From: a virus
Lineage: Duplodnaviria > Caudoviricetes
Strand: one strand, 5' to 3'
Length of the DNA stretch: 34,197 bases
IMG/VR virus record: IMGVR_UViG_3300012953_007610
Location: 1-34,197 of that record
Below the pieces are notes generated by a model that worked only from the letters and a program-made list of their open reading frames with translations, did not search any database and was not told the DNA's origin. Of this stretch, positions 25,388-34,197 are shown piece by piece. A program made the position numbers and the translations under genes. Positions within the stretch are counted from its first letter, which is position 1, and the number at the start of each line of letters is the position of its first letter.

Positions 25388-28300
25388 TGGCCGGTAATAC
25401 TTTTTCAAAAGGAAATTTATTTTCCCCTACCATAATACAAAGAGCCTTAGAGGGCTCCGGTGCTGTGTATGATGTAAATCTACAAAATTACTCAGGATCT
25501 AATATTACTGGTAGTAATTCTTATATTTTCGATGACCCAGGTGGGCCTTTTAGATCAACACAACAGATTCCGATTGATTGGTCAAAGTTCGAAAATCACA
25601 CTTTTTTTAATTCTGCGGAATCTAAAGTTAATGTTTCTTTTGATTCTATCATAAACTATTTTCCGTTTGACGGATCAAACCAAGAAATTCAAGATTTTTT
25701 AGATGGATTAAGTGGATATGAAAAGTTTGTATATGATATGTTTCCAAAGCAGGTTGGGTATCTACTTTTTTCGGGAACTCAAGAAACTGAAACTCCAGAA
25801 AATGGTTGGCCTGAAAAGCTTGGAACTTATGTACAAGTAGATGATATAGCTGGATCACTATACCCTTCTTTATCTAGAAATACCAGTGGATTGAATATTT
25901 TAAATCCTAACAAAAAATCTATATCGTTTCAGTTTTGGATAAATTTTCCACCAGAAGAATCTATAGAACAAACAGTATTTCAAAAATTGGAAGAGGATAC
26001 GGGTTTATCTCTTTTTGTAGCTGAGTCTGACGCAAATAAAGCAGATTTAAGATTTGTCGTTTCTAGCGGATCCAACGTCATGTCAGCCAGTTATGTGATT
26101 CCAAAGAATGAATTTGTTCACTTGTCTACATATTTCGATAGAGAAGCTACGGGTCTTTCTAATTTAAAGATATTTCACACCGGAACTTTGGTTGCTTCTA
26201 GCTCTAATTCTGTCACTTTTGGAGAAATGAACTTCTCAAGCTCTCCACTTTTACTTGGATCAGGATCCGCTCATCCTCTTGGTAATCTAGATTCTGGAGA
26301 TTTTTCTCCCTTAGTTACTTTAAGCGCTTCTCTTGATGATTTTAGGTGTTATCATGGTAAAAGGTTGCCTAGAGACATAAGGGCAGACTATTTAAAAAAT
26401 GCTTATCCATCTTCAGATTTAAAGCTTTATTTTAAGTTTAATGAAGCATCCGGATCGTATGTCAACAACCAAGTTATTTTAGACAGCTCTGGAAATTCTC
26501 TTCATTCAAATATTTCTAACTTTAATTTTAAAAGTAGAGATCAGCGGATGGGTACTCCGCCTTTGCCGCTAGAAAGACATGATCGCAACCCTGTCCTTTT
26601 TCCTGGCCAACCAGACGTAATAACTCTAAATAAAAGACTCTTAGCAGAAGCGAGCCAGTATGATAATAACAACCCAAATTTAATAACGAGATTAATTCCG
26701 GAGCACTATCTTTTAGAGTCTGATGCAGCTCAAGGGTTTGAAGATACTTTTGCTGATACTGGCAAAGATTATTCTTATAGTATAGATTTCCCCGGCGGGG
26801 GAAAAATCGGACAACCCCAAATTATTGCTTCTTTACTTTTTACTTGGGCAAAGTTTTTTGATGAACTTAAAATATTTGTAGACCAGTTTGGTAATTTATT
26901 GAACATAGACTATAATGAAGATGGAACGATATCTGATTATATGCTTCCATTTTTGTCAAATTATTATGGCTTTACACTTCCAAACAACTTTTCTAACGCA
27001 GATTATGCGCAATATTTGCTAGGCGAAAACTTAAATGTAGACCCGGACATATCTTCAAGGGCTTTATTTAAAGTCCAGACCGAGATTTGGAGAAGAATAT
27101 TAGTAAACCTGAATTCAGTTATTAGGTCTAAAGGTACAGTTTCAGCAGTTAAGTCTATAATGAGGGCTTCTGGAATAAACCCAGATTCAATGTTTAGATT
27201 TAGAGAGTTTGGAGGGTCTAGAACAATAACAACAGAGGATGCTAGAAGAAACAGATCAGAAATTGCATCTCAACTTTATTTAAGTTCTTCTGATGCTAGT
27301 GTAACATCAATGCACTTAAGCGCTTCTAGGGTAGAGCCCGGATTTCCTTATGCTTCAGACCCTACATCCCCAAGAAGAAGTGATGGATTGTTAACAAGCG
27401 GATCTTGGTCTTTTGAGGGTCTATATCAATTTGATTTCCCATTCTCTAGAAAAGAACCTGTTACGCAGAGTTTAGCAAGATTTTATATAACTGGTAGCGA
27501 ATGGGAGACTACTCATAGCCATGGCGGATTAGTGTCAAACTTGGTAGCATTTGGAACTGGTAGCCAGCATGGAATGACTGGATCTCTTAGTTTATATGCC
27601 AGACCAAACTCTGATCCCGATGCACCGTCAATGAGATTAATATTGACTGGTGTAAATATTTTCGATAAAAATAAGTGGCATATAACGTTTGGAAGAAATA
27701 TAGGCACAGAAAATAATCAGTTGATCACTGCTTCTTATTTTGTTAGAGCTAATAGGTCTAACAATGGAGAGATAGTAGAGTCCTACAGTACCTCTTCAGT
27801 TGTTAATTTGGGCGCAAAAGAATTTGATTGTTTTTCACAGGCGACAGACCAATTTAATACTTCGGGTTCATTTTTTGAAGTAGGGGGTGGAGAATCTAAA
27901 TCTCAGATTTTGGAAGATGGATCTAGGTTTCTAAATTCCACAACCGCAGTTACAGATCCAGACGCAAGATTCAGTCAATTAAATGCAAAAGTTTCTGGAA
28001 TTAGGTTTTGGACTTTACCACTAAACATAAAAGAATCAAAAGAACACTCTAGAAACTTTAAGAGTGTTGGAGTTGAAAACCCACAAATAAACTACAACTT
28101 TGTTAATTCCGCATCTGGATCTTGGGAAAAATTAAGAGTCGATGCAAACGTAGATCAAGAAATAACTCAGTCAGACGACGACGGATCAATATCTATTTTT
28201 GACTTTTCGCAAAATAATTTCATTTTGTCTGGTAGCGGTTTTGAAAAATCTCATAGAGTTATAAATCCGTCGCTATTTACTTATTCTATATTGGATCCGA

Positions 28301-28854
28301 GTTTCGGCGAGCGAAGTGCAGAAAATAAAATTAGAGTAAGAGGTTTTCAGAATGAAGTGAATATCTCTGAATTTAATGCGCTTAAGTCTCCTGTTAGACA
28401 GATAGAGCCTGGCCAACCGACTCTTGATGATTCTAGATTCAGCATCGAAGTATCTGCTGTTGGAGCGCTCAATGAAGATATAGTAAACATTCTGGCCGGT
28501 TTAGACTGGCTAGATAACGCGATTGGAAATCCAGAATTACAATTTGCTTCTGATTATCCGTCGTTAAGAAGCCTTAGAGAGGTTTATTTTCATCGCTTAA
28601 CTAATAAAGTTAATTTTGATAATTTGTTTCTTTTTTATAAGTGGTTTGATGATTCTCTTTCAGTAATCATTGAGAGGTTAATACCGAGAACTACTAAATA
28701 CTTGGGGATAAATTTTGTTATTGAATCTCACTTTTTAGAAAGGCCAAAATTTAGGAATATGAATAACAACATATATTTATCAGCTTCTGACAGAAGAGAT
28801 ATTAATAACGAATTGTTAATTGCGGTCCTTTCGGGTATATTGTCGAGGTATTAA
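25387..28854 (+). CDS. Large baseplate wedge-like protein (P2 gpI/T4 gp7-like core) with LamG/ConA-like domains
   Basis: Core LPFLSNYYGF...IWRRILVNL..VIRSKGT.SAVK. LamG-like segments ISFQFWI...EFVHLS...LDDFRCY and WSFEG...KWHITF...VSGIRFW. Confidence 0.65.
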   Translation: MAGNTFSKGNLFSPTIIQRALEGSGAVYDVNLQNYSGSNITGSNSYIFDDPGGPFRSTQQIPIDWSKFENHTFFNSAESKVNVSFDSIINYFPFDGSNQEIQDFLDGLSGYEKFVYDMFPKQVGYLLFSGTQETETPENGWPEKLGTYVQVDDIAGSLYPSLSRNTSGLNILNPNKKSISFQFWINFPPEESIEQTVFQKLEEDTGLSLFVAESDANKADLRFVVSSGSNVMSASYVIPKNEFVHLSTYFDREATGLSNLKIFHTGTLVASSSNSVTFGEMNFSSSPLLLGSGSAHPLGNLDSGDFSPLVTLSASLDDFRCYHGKRLPRDIRADYLKNAYPSSDLKLYFKFNEASGSYVNNQVILDSSGNSLHSNISNFNFKSRDQRMGTPPLPLERHDRNPVLFPGQPDVITLNKRLLAEASQYDNNNPNLITRLIPEHYLLESDAAQGFEDTFADTGKDYSYSIDFPGGGKIGQPQIIASLLFTWAKFFDELKIFVDQFGNLLNIDYNEDGTISDYMLPFLSNYYGFTLPNNFSNADYAQYLLGENLNVDPDISSRALFKVQTEIWRRILVNLNSVIRSKGTVSAVKSIMRASGINPDSMFRFREFGGSRTITTEDARRNRSEIASQLYLSSSDASVTSMHLSASRVEPGFPYASDPTSPRRSDGLLTSGSWSFEGLYQFDFPFSRKEPVTQSLARFYITGSEWETTHSHGGLVSNLVAFGTGSQHGMTGSLSLYARPNSDPDAPSMRLILTGVNIFDKNKWHITFGRNIGTENNQLITASYFVRANRSNNGEIVESYSTSSVVNLGAKEFDCFSQATDQFNTSGSFFEVGGGESKSQILEDGSRFLNSTTAVTDPDARFSQLNAKVSGIRFWTLPLNIKESKEHSRNFKSVGVENPQINYNFVNSASGSWEKLRVDANVDQEITQSDDDGSISIFDFSQNNFILSGSGFEKSHRVINPSLFTYSILDPSFGERSAENKIRVRGFQNEVNISEFNALKSPVRQIEPGQPTLDDSRFSIEVSAVGALNEDIVNILAGLDWLDNAIGNPELQFASDYPSLRSLREVYFHRLTNKVNFDNLFLFYKWFDDSLSVIIERLIPRTTKYLGINFVIESHFLERPKFRNMNNNIYLSASDRRDINNELLIAVLSGILSRY

Positions 28855-29849
28855 TGTCAAGCGAATACAAACCAGATTTTCAGAAAAAGCGGATGAGAGT
28901 CTACCCAGCTCTTAGCGAGTCACAAGATACAGCCCAGGGCTATCAAGTAAAATCAACGTGGTTTGCTCAAAGAACTTTGCCTGTTCTTGGAAGAGGCGAA
29001 GACAAATTATTTTTCAGCTCTTCCGTTGGCGGTGGAATAACCAATATTACTGAGCAGCCATTTTTTAATGATTGTATCGTTGGAAAAGTAGAAGTAAGCT
29101 CAAACGAAATATTTTCAGGCTCAAGAGATGATAGTCTTCTAGCTAATTTTAGTGCTGGTGAAGGTGTTATCCAAACAAGGTTTTCATATGATTACACAGG
29201 CGCTACTTGGGGATTAACAGATACCGATCCATTTGCTGGTAAGCCATGGTGGGATAAACCAAAATATAACGCAGTAGAATACATGAAAGATTCTGGTTCT
29301 CTGCAATGGCCAATAGTTAATGATGATCCCTCCGCTGTAGACATACTAGATTATAATGGAGTTATTGAGCCCATAACAATTAGGTCGGTAATTGGAATGT
29401 CCAGTACTTTTATGGGCGATACTCTAGACCCCGAACCTCATTCAGTAAGAGCCGGCATCGGCGGCGGGTATATTGAAGAACAATATAACCGGTTTAATTT
29501 ATGTACGAATTACTATACTTTAAAAGATTCAAACAAAAATTATCCATTTTCTTATGTTGTTGATTGGCACATATACGAAAACTTTTCTTTTACTGTTCCA
29601 GACTCTGCATATACTTTCGACGATAATTTAAATGATGGTCCTAGATTTATTGAAAAGACTTTAGCAGAAATAATATACGGAAAAATTAGAGACCCTTTAA
29701 TAAAAGACTATTTGTCTCATCAATCAAGTAGCTCTTTAGGCGCTGATGATAAACCAACGCCAGACTCTATTTCAAAACCATGCGGGTTTACATATGAGAA
29801 TTGCTCTCATGGAACTGATTCATTATCTTTTGGAGGACTTTTAAAGTGA
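28854..29849 (+). CDS. Hypothetical virion-associated protein
   Basis: 331-aa ORF translationally coupled on both sides (TAATG, GTGA) within the structural operon. Confidence 0.7.
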   Translation: MSSEYKPDFQKKRMRVYPALSESQDTAQGYQVKSTWFAQRTLPVLGRGEDKLFFSSSVGGGITNITEQPFFNDCIVGKVEVSSNEIFSGSRDDSLLANFSAGEGVIQTRFSYDYTGATWGLTDTDPFAGKPWWDKPKYNAVEYMKDSGSLQWPIVNDDPSAVDILDYNGVIEPITIRSVIGMSSTFMGDTLDPEPHSVRAGIGGGYIEEQYNRFNLCTNYYTLKDSNKNYPFSYVVDWHIYENFSFTVPDSAYTFDDNLNDGPRFIEKTLAEIIYGKIRDPLIKDYLSHQSSSSLGADDKPTPDSISKPCGFTYENCSHGTDSLSFGGLLK

Positions 29850-32800
29850 GAAAAGATTTTAGAATTAGAAATTATCATAATCTCAATGTAGCAATTAAAT
29901 CATATAACCAGGTTGGCAACCTGACTCATTACTACAGGTTATTTTCAGCCGACGATGATAGCATAGATTCTGTCATTCCGAATATCCAGAACAGAGATGG
30001 CAAACCAGCTGTTGCTAACGAAGTAACCACTCTTTTATCTTCTCCTTATAAAGATATCTTGTATTCAAGTCACATATCTGAAGATCCAACTTCTTATTAT
30101 AGAGTTCCTTTTGGAGATGCTACTTTTAAGCCGTTTAGAAATAGAAAAACAGCAAAAACTGTAGCGCTGTGGTTTTCTCTTCCCAAGCTTTGGGAAACTA
30201 TTGGAGATCCAACAAGCGACGTTCAAATAATCTTTAATAAAATTGCAGCCGGAGAATCAAGCTGGATTGATGAAGGCGAGATCTCAATTTCTTATATTAA
30301 GAGCACCAATTCAATCAGGCTTAGTATAAATGGCACAAACCAAGACCCAGCTCAAGCAGTATATCCAGCTGGTATCAGAGAACAACACTTTGATCTAAAT
30401 ATAGAGAGCAAAAATTTAAATGATTTTGACAATCCAATCCGACCAGGAGACTGGATTCATTTTGCATTTACGCAAAAAAATCTTGATGATTATTCTAGTT
30501 CTGGGATTAATCAAATAGCAGATATATTCTCCATTTATATTAATGGGCAAGACGCTATGCTCGGTTCTAGTTTCTGTAATGGCGGAGACGGTGGAAGCTA
30601 TGGATCTAACGATGGATACATATCGGAATTCTGGCGACCATTTATGAATAAGGGAGATATGCTAATAGGAAGAGGTTTGCCAGACATAGATTCTGGCGCA
30701 GGAGCTCTTCCTGGATTATTAAGTGTTATTGATTTGGCAGTTTGGAATACAGATTTACCAATAGAGGCTGTTGAATCAATATACTCTACATCTCAATATT
30801 TTGAAGGCACCGGTTTTCTTAGCTTGGGCCCAAGAGTACAGCTTAGAGAAGAAATAGAGATTGGTGATGCTTATTTAACGACTACAGGTATTCCAAAGCA
30901 GAAAATTTCTAATCCATTTCCGGCAATACCGTATGCTTCGCAAAATCCTTTTAATGATGCTGACACGGTTATTTTTCACGATAATGAGCTGAAAGAGTTA
31001 CAGTACCCAACTGGTCTTCCAGTGCAGTCTTTATCTACAAATACCCGCGTGTCTTGTTCATTAGCGACTCCGAACTCTTTACCAACCATTCAAGCTCCGG
31101 GTTTCACCAATTCAGAATTACTTGGAAAATATTATACTACAGACCAGATAAAAAAGACAATAGAAAATTCTCCATTTAATGATGCGATTGTTGCTCCCAA
31201 TCAAGACACTTCTTTTTATGGACCAACAACAAGTATAAGTGGATTTTCTAGAAAAGTCAGAGATAAAATACAGTTGGTTGTAGAGCTTCCAGTGAATGAA
31301 GTCTCTAATGTAACTAGGCATTCTTCTCATTGGGATTCGTTTGCGACTACAAATAATTACATTTATCCAGATGATACTTTAACTACGAATAATATTAATC
31401 CTCACTATGATCCAGATGGAGAGTTCCACGGATTAGACTTAACAGGGTTTTTATATTATAATTTTGAGAAAGGGATTTGGGAGCAGAAAGGTCTCAATGA
31501 CGTTGTCACTGGCGAGATGTTGCCTGCTGAGGCTGTGGCACAGCAAACCAAAGCCCAAAATCTCTTTATTATAAATGGACCACCAAAACACTATATTGAT
31601 GGCAATCCTAAGCTGAACTCAGGAAGTTTTAATTTTCTTAGAATGTTTTATCCTGGCGGAAGTTATTACGGACATTCCCAGTATCCAGGTGGTGGATATG
31701 GACAAATGGAAGATGCTGACGGTAATCCAGTTCAAACAGAACTCAGTATAACAGACAAGCAGCTATCAGCTAACGTTGGTTCTCCAATTTGTTCTCATGG
31801 AGCTCCCAACGGAATTCAATATTTTGCTACTTCAAGCCAAACTATAAAAATGAGTGAGTACATTGAAGCGCCATTTTTATTAGAAAAAGTAGTGTTAGAA
31901 ATAGAAGATACTGTCGCTAGAAAAATATACGATTACTCTTCATACGGAAGTTCGCCTACTGCTGGTAGACCCCAAGACGATTATGTTTTCTTCTTGATGC
32001 GGCAAGAAAGAACTTTCCCCGGTTTTGATCCCCAAGAACCAGTTTCTAATATGGGAGAAGAATTAATTTCTATAGAAGCTTCATCAAGCCTCAGGTATTT
32101 GATATGTTCTGGAGTTGCATCTTTTTATAACAACGAAAGAAGAATTCCTGGAAAATTAGACTCAAGTACCCCTGCACGCTGGCAAACATATAATTCTCCT
32201 GCGTTCCAATACGATTTTAACCATGAAATTGACGGCTCAGATATTGATCCGATGATTAGAACCGGTTCGATTGTTTTGGAAATGGAGCCTGCAGTTGCTA
32301 GTAAGAAAATATATGGAAATATGTTTATCCCAACTTGGGATGGTAGTCATGCTCTATACATAACGCAGTCTTCTCCTCTTTTTAATCTATACCAGTCGCA
32401 ATCATGTACTGTTCCGGGTTTTTGGCCTGGTGGCACAACAACTCTTCCGTTGAACGGTATTTTTTCTGGTAGCCGAAGTGATGTATATTCAGTGCCATTT
32501 TCACTAGCTCAAACTGGGAGTACTGATGAAGCCTGGTGGGGAAGATCAACAGACAAATCTCAATATAATATAAGAACATTTTTCCAACTTAATCCTTATA
32601 GGTTTCCAATGGAATCTGATTTCTTTGGAAGAGAGATAGACCCCAGAACTTATAAACCTTTTGGTGGAGGTGGATCCGCAACTCCGCTAGCCGGATATTC
32701 TGATATAACTACACCATTGGCAGAAAAATTTGACCAATGGAATATGGGTTTTGCAGACAATTTATCAAAATTAAACGCTAAATCACCCTATCTCTTATTT

Positions 32801-34197
32801 CCAGATGATGAACTGGTTCTTGGTTTGGATGCTGCCTTGGGTTGGACTGCCACAATGGCTGCTGGAATAACAGACGATGCTAGAACAAATGACGGGGAAG
32901 ATGGGTGGAATCATAAAAGAGTTGTCGGCGCTAATAATTTAACAGGTTCTCTATTGAGATTAGAGGCTGGTCAAGTTATGAAGTTAAGACTTTATGGTTC
33001 TATGATCAAAGACCAAGTTCAAGCGCCGAAATATCCAGAAATAGATACGATGCAGAATAACATAACAGATCCTATTATAGGTTCTCATGTTCTGGATCAA
33101 TACGATATAACAGGATTACAAGCCAATTCTGGCTCTTATAGAGAGCGGCTCATTACTGGTTCTATGGTAAATGGAAGCGGACCTGGAAGAGTAGAAAATC
33201 CAGGTTCTGAAACTAGAGGCTCTGCTTTAAATAAGGGTGCGTTTAGATATAAAACAATTTATGGCCACACGTCCACCAAGTCCAACCATACTGGATGGCC
33301 TAACTTTTTAGGCGCCGGAGCTATTCAATCTACAGTCATAACATGCTCAATATCTTCTAGATTAACGAAACTAAAATATCCTGATGGTTGGGCTTCTAAC
33401 CCATATAATCCTGCTGCTCCAGGTCCAGATATGAATCATATTTATATTAGATTTTTATCTGGTTCTAGTGATTATGTTAGGGGGCACGGTCCCGAATACA
33501 ATTTAGATAGAATAATGTGGGGAAATCCGCCTGATCCAAGTGGCAACCCCCCAACATCAGGAGATGATTCAACGGGCGGAAATCCAGACGGAAAAATATA
33601 TCCTGCGCCCGATGAAATTTGGTGTCGGACTGGACAATCATTTGATTTTTGGGGCAATGACTCAAATATCATCATGAATTCGCTCCTCCGAGCATTCAAT
33701 GGAGAGTCAAACTATGGTGCAGACCCATCTCAACCCTGGGCTACATCGTCGCCTTATGATAACCCGCCCGGAAGTTATTATGTTATTTTTGGTGAAAGTT
33801 TTAACCCGTCTGTTGGTATTCCAGGAATCTCGGCAGAGTTCACTTCAAATGCTCCATACACGTCCCTTGGTCTAAAAGCAGAGGGCGGAACTTTTGGTAA
33901 CGGTGCTTTCTTCCTGCAGTCTTCATGTTCTCATGAGCCTGGATACCTTATTCCTGGAGATTCTTGGGCTTATGATATAGATGAGTCGTGGCTGTATGAT
34001 CCAGATAACACGAATGATCCTAATGAGCCGGTTATTCTTTACAGGTCTTCCGGTTGGTATAAAAATGTTGATGCCATTAATAGACCTTCAGATACCATGC
34101 TTCCATTCACTCTCTCTACTGGCGATTTTATCGCGATAAGAGGCACTGGGACGACACTAGACGATGCACCTGGGTTTTGGATAAAAAAAGACGAAGC
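29846..34197 (+). CDS. Giant structural protein (>1450 aa) with N-terminal LamG-like domain, 3'-truncated; absent from ORF track
   Basis: GTG 29846 in a GTGA overlap, GGAGG at 29832-29836. Manual translation is stop-free to the window end (MRKDFRIRNY...GFWIKKDE). LamG-like TVALWF...GDWIHFAFT...IYINGQ...IDLAVWNTDL. Confidence 0.88.
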   Translation, partial: MRKDFRIRNYHNLNVAIKSYNQVGNLTHYYRLFSADDDSIDSVIPNIQNRDGKPAVANEVTTLLSSPYKDILYSSHISEDPTSYYRVPFGDATFKPFRNRKTAKTVALWFSLPKLWETIGDPTSDVQIIFNKIAAGESSWIDEGEISISYIKSTNSIRLSINGTNQDPAQAVYPAGIREQHFDLNIESKNLNDFDNPIRPGDWIHFAFTQKNLDDYSSSGINQIADIFSIYINGQDAMLGSSFCNGGDGGSYGSNDGYISEFWRPFMNKGDMLIGRGLPDIDSGAGALPGLLSVIDLAVWNTDLPIEAVESIYSTSQYFEGTGFLSLGPRVQLREEIEIGDAYLTTTGIPKQKISNPFPAIPYASQNPFNDADTVIFHDNELKELQYPTGLPVQSLSTNTRVSCSLATPNSLPTIQAPGFTNSELLGKYYTTDQIKKTIENSPFNDAIVAPNQDTSFYGPTTSISGFSRKVRDKIQLVVELPVNEVSNVTRHSSHWDSFATTNNYIYPDDTLTTNNINPHYDPDGEFHGLDLTGFLYYNFEKGIWEQKGLNDVVTGEMLPAEAVAQQTKAQNLFIINGPPKHYIDGNPKLNSGSFNFLRMFYPGGSYYGHSQYPGGGYGQMEDADGNPVQTELSITDKQLSANVGSPICSHGAPNGIQYFATSSQTIKMSEYIEAPFLLEKVVLEIEDTVARKIYDYSSYGSSPTAGRPQDDYVFFLMRQERTFPGFDPQEPVSNMGEELISIEASSSLRYLICSGVASFYNNERRIPGKLDSSTPARWQTYNSPAFQYDFNHEIDGSDIDPMIRTGSIVLEMEPAVASKKIYGNMFIPTWDGSHALYITQSSPLFNLYQSQSCTVPGFWPGGTTTLPLNGIFSGSRSDVYSVPFSLAQTGSTDEAWWGRSTDKSQYNIRTFFQLNPYRFPMESDFFGREIDPRTYKPFGGGGSATPLAGYSDITTPLAEKFDQWNMGFADNLSKLNAKSPYLLFPDDELVLGLDAALGWTATMAAGITDDARTNDGEDGWNHKRVVGANNLTGSLLRLEAGQVMKLRLYGSMIKDQVQAPKYPEIDTMQNNITDPIIGSHVLDQYDITGLQANSGSYRERLITGSMVNGSGPGRVENPGSETRGSALNKGAFRYKTIYGHTSTKSNHTGWPNFLGAGAIQSTVITCSISSRLTKLKYPDGWASNPYNPAAPGPDMNHIYIRFLSGSSDYVRGHGPEYNLDRIMWGNPPDPSGNPPTSGDDSTGGNPDGKIYPAPDEIWCRTGQSFDFWGNDSNIIMNSLLRAFNGESNYGADPSQPWATSSPYDNPPGSYYVIFGESFNPSVGIPGISAEFTSNAPYTSLGLKAEGGTFGNGAFFLQSSCSHEPGYLIPGDSWAYDIDESWLYDPDNTNDPNEPVILYRSSGWYKNVDAINRPSDTMLPFTLSTGDFIAIRGTGTTLDDAPGFWIKKDE

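Noticed and set aside
146-33699. All short minus-strand ORFs in the track (60-138 aa)
   Set aside because: Each lies antisense within a well-supported plus-strand gene and shows no recognisable motif.
19463-34197. Tailocin, eCIS or T6SS instead of phage
   Set aside because: No Afp15-like ATPase, Tss membrane complex or cellular housekeeping genes. The T4 gp6-like wedge, phage-type sigma and Cas4-like nuclease favour a phage, although capsid and terminase genes are not in the window.
1-34197. Eukaryotic giant virus (NCLDV) glycosylation island
   Set aside because: SD motifs, overlapping operonic genes, a sigma70 promoter and a contractile baseplate indicate a prokaryotic virus.
1-34197. Stop-codon recoding, tRNA or structured RNA genes, IS elements
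   Set aside because: TAA, TAG and TGA all end full-length genes and code-11 coding density is near complete. The gaps are too short and show no cloverleaf, and no transposase or terminal repeats were seen.
29850-34197. Apparent 4.3-kb non-coding region in the ORF track
   Set aside because: It is a single open plus-strand frame running off the window end.

Overview
AT-rich, gene-dense fragment with all credible genes on the + strand. It is best read as part of a large contractile-tailed (myovirus-like) phage genome using the standard genetic code with GGAG/AGGA Shine-Dalgarno sites. Left part (1-18078): glycan-building cluster with 9 glycosyltransferase (GT) genes (10 GT domains), a SAM methyltransferase, cupin, short UDP-glucose/GDP-mannose dehydrogenase, SDR epimerase, carbohydrate sulfotransferase, ATP-grasp/HAD fusion, PIG-L deacetylase and a putative PAPS-supply module (DUF2061, CysC-HAD fusion, small HxGH nucleotidyltransferase). 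A solo Cas4-like nuclease with its own promoter and terminator interrupts it. Middle: sigma-factor-like gene. Right part (19463 to end): baseplate/tail genes (gp5/gpV-like, gp25-like, gp6/J-like, LamG proteins) and a >1450-codon ORF missed by the ORF track. The peripheral structural proteins are strongly enriched in [S/T]-[G/A]-S (36 by hand count in ~3450 aa, versus 2 in ~6400 aa of non-structural proteins). Leading hypothesis (inference): a phage-encoded pathway that coats the virion with a sulfated, uronate-containing O-glycan at this motif. All functional calls come from motif recognition by eye; no searches were run.
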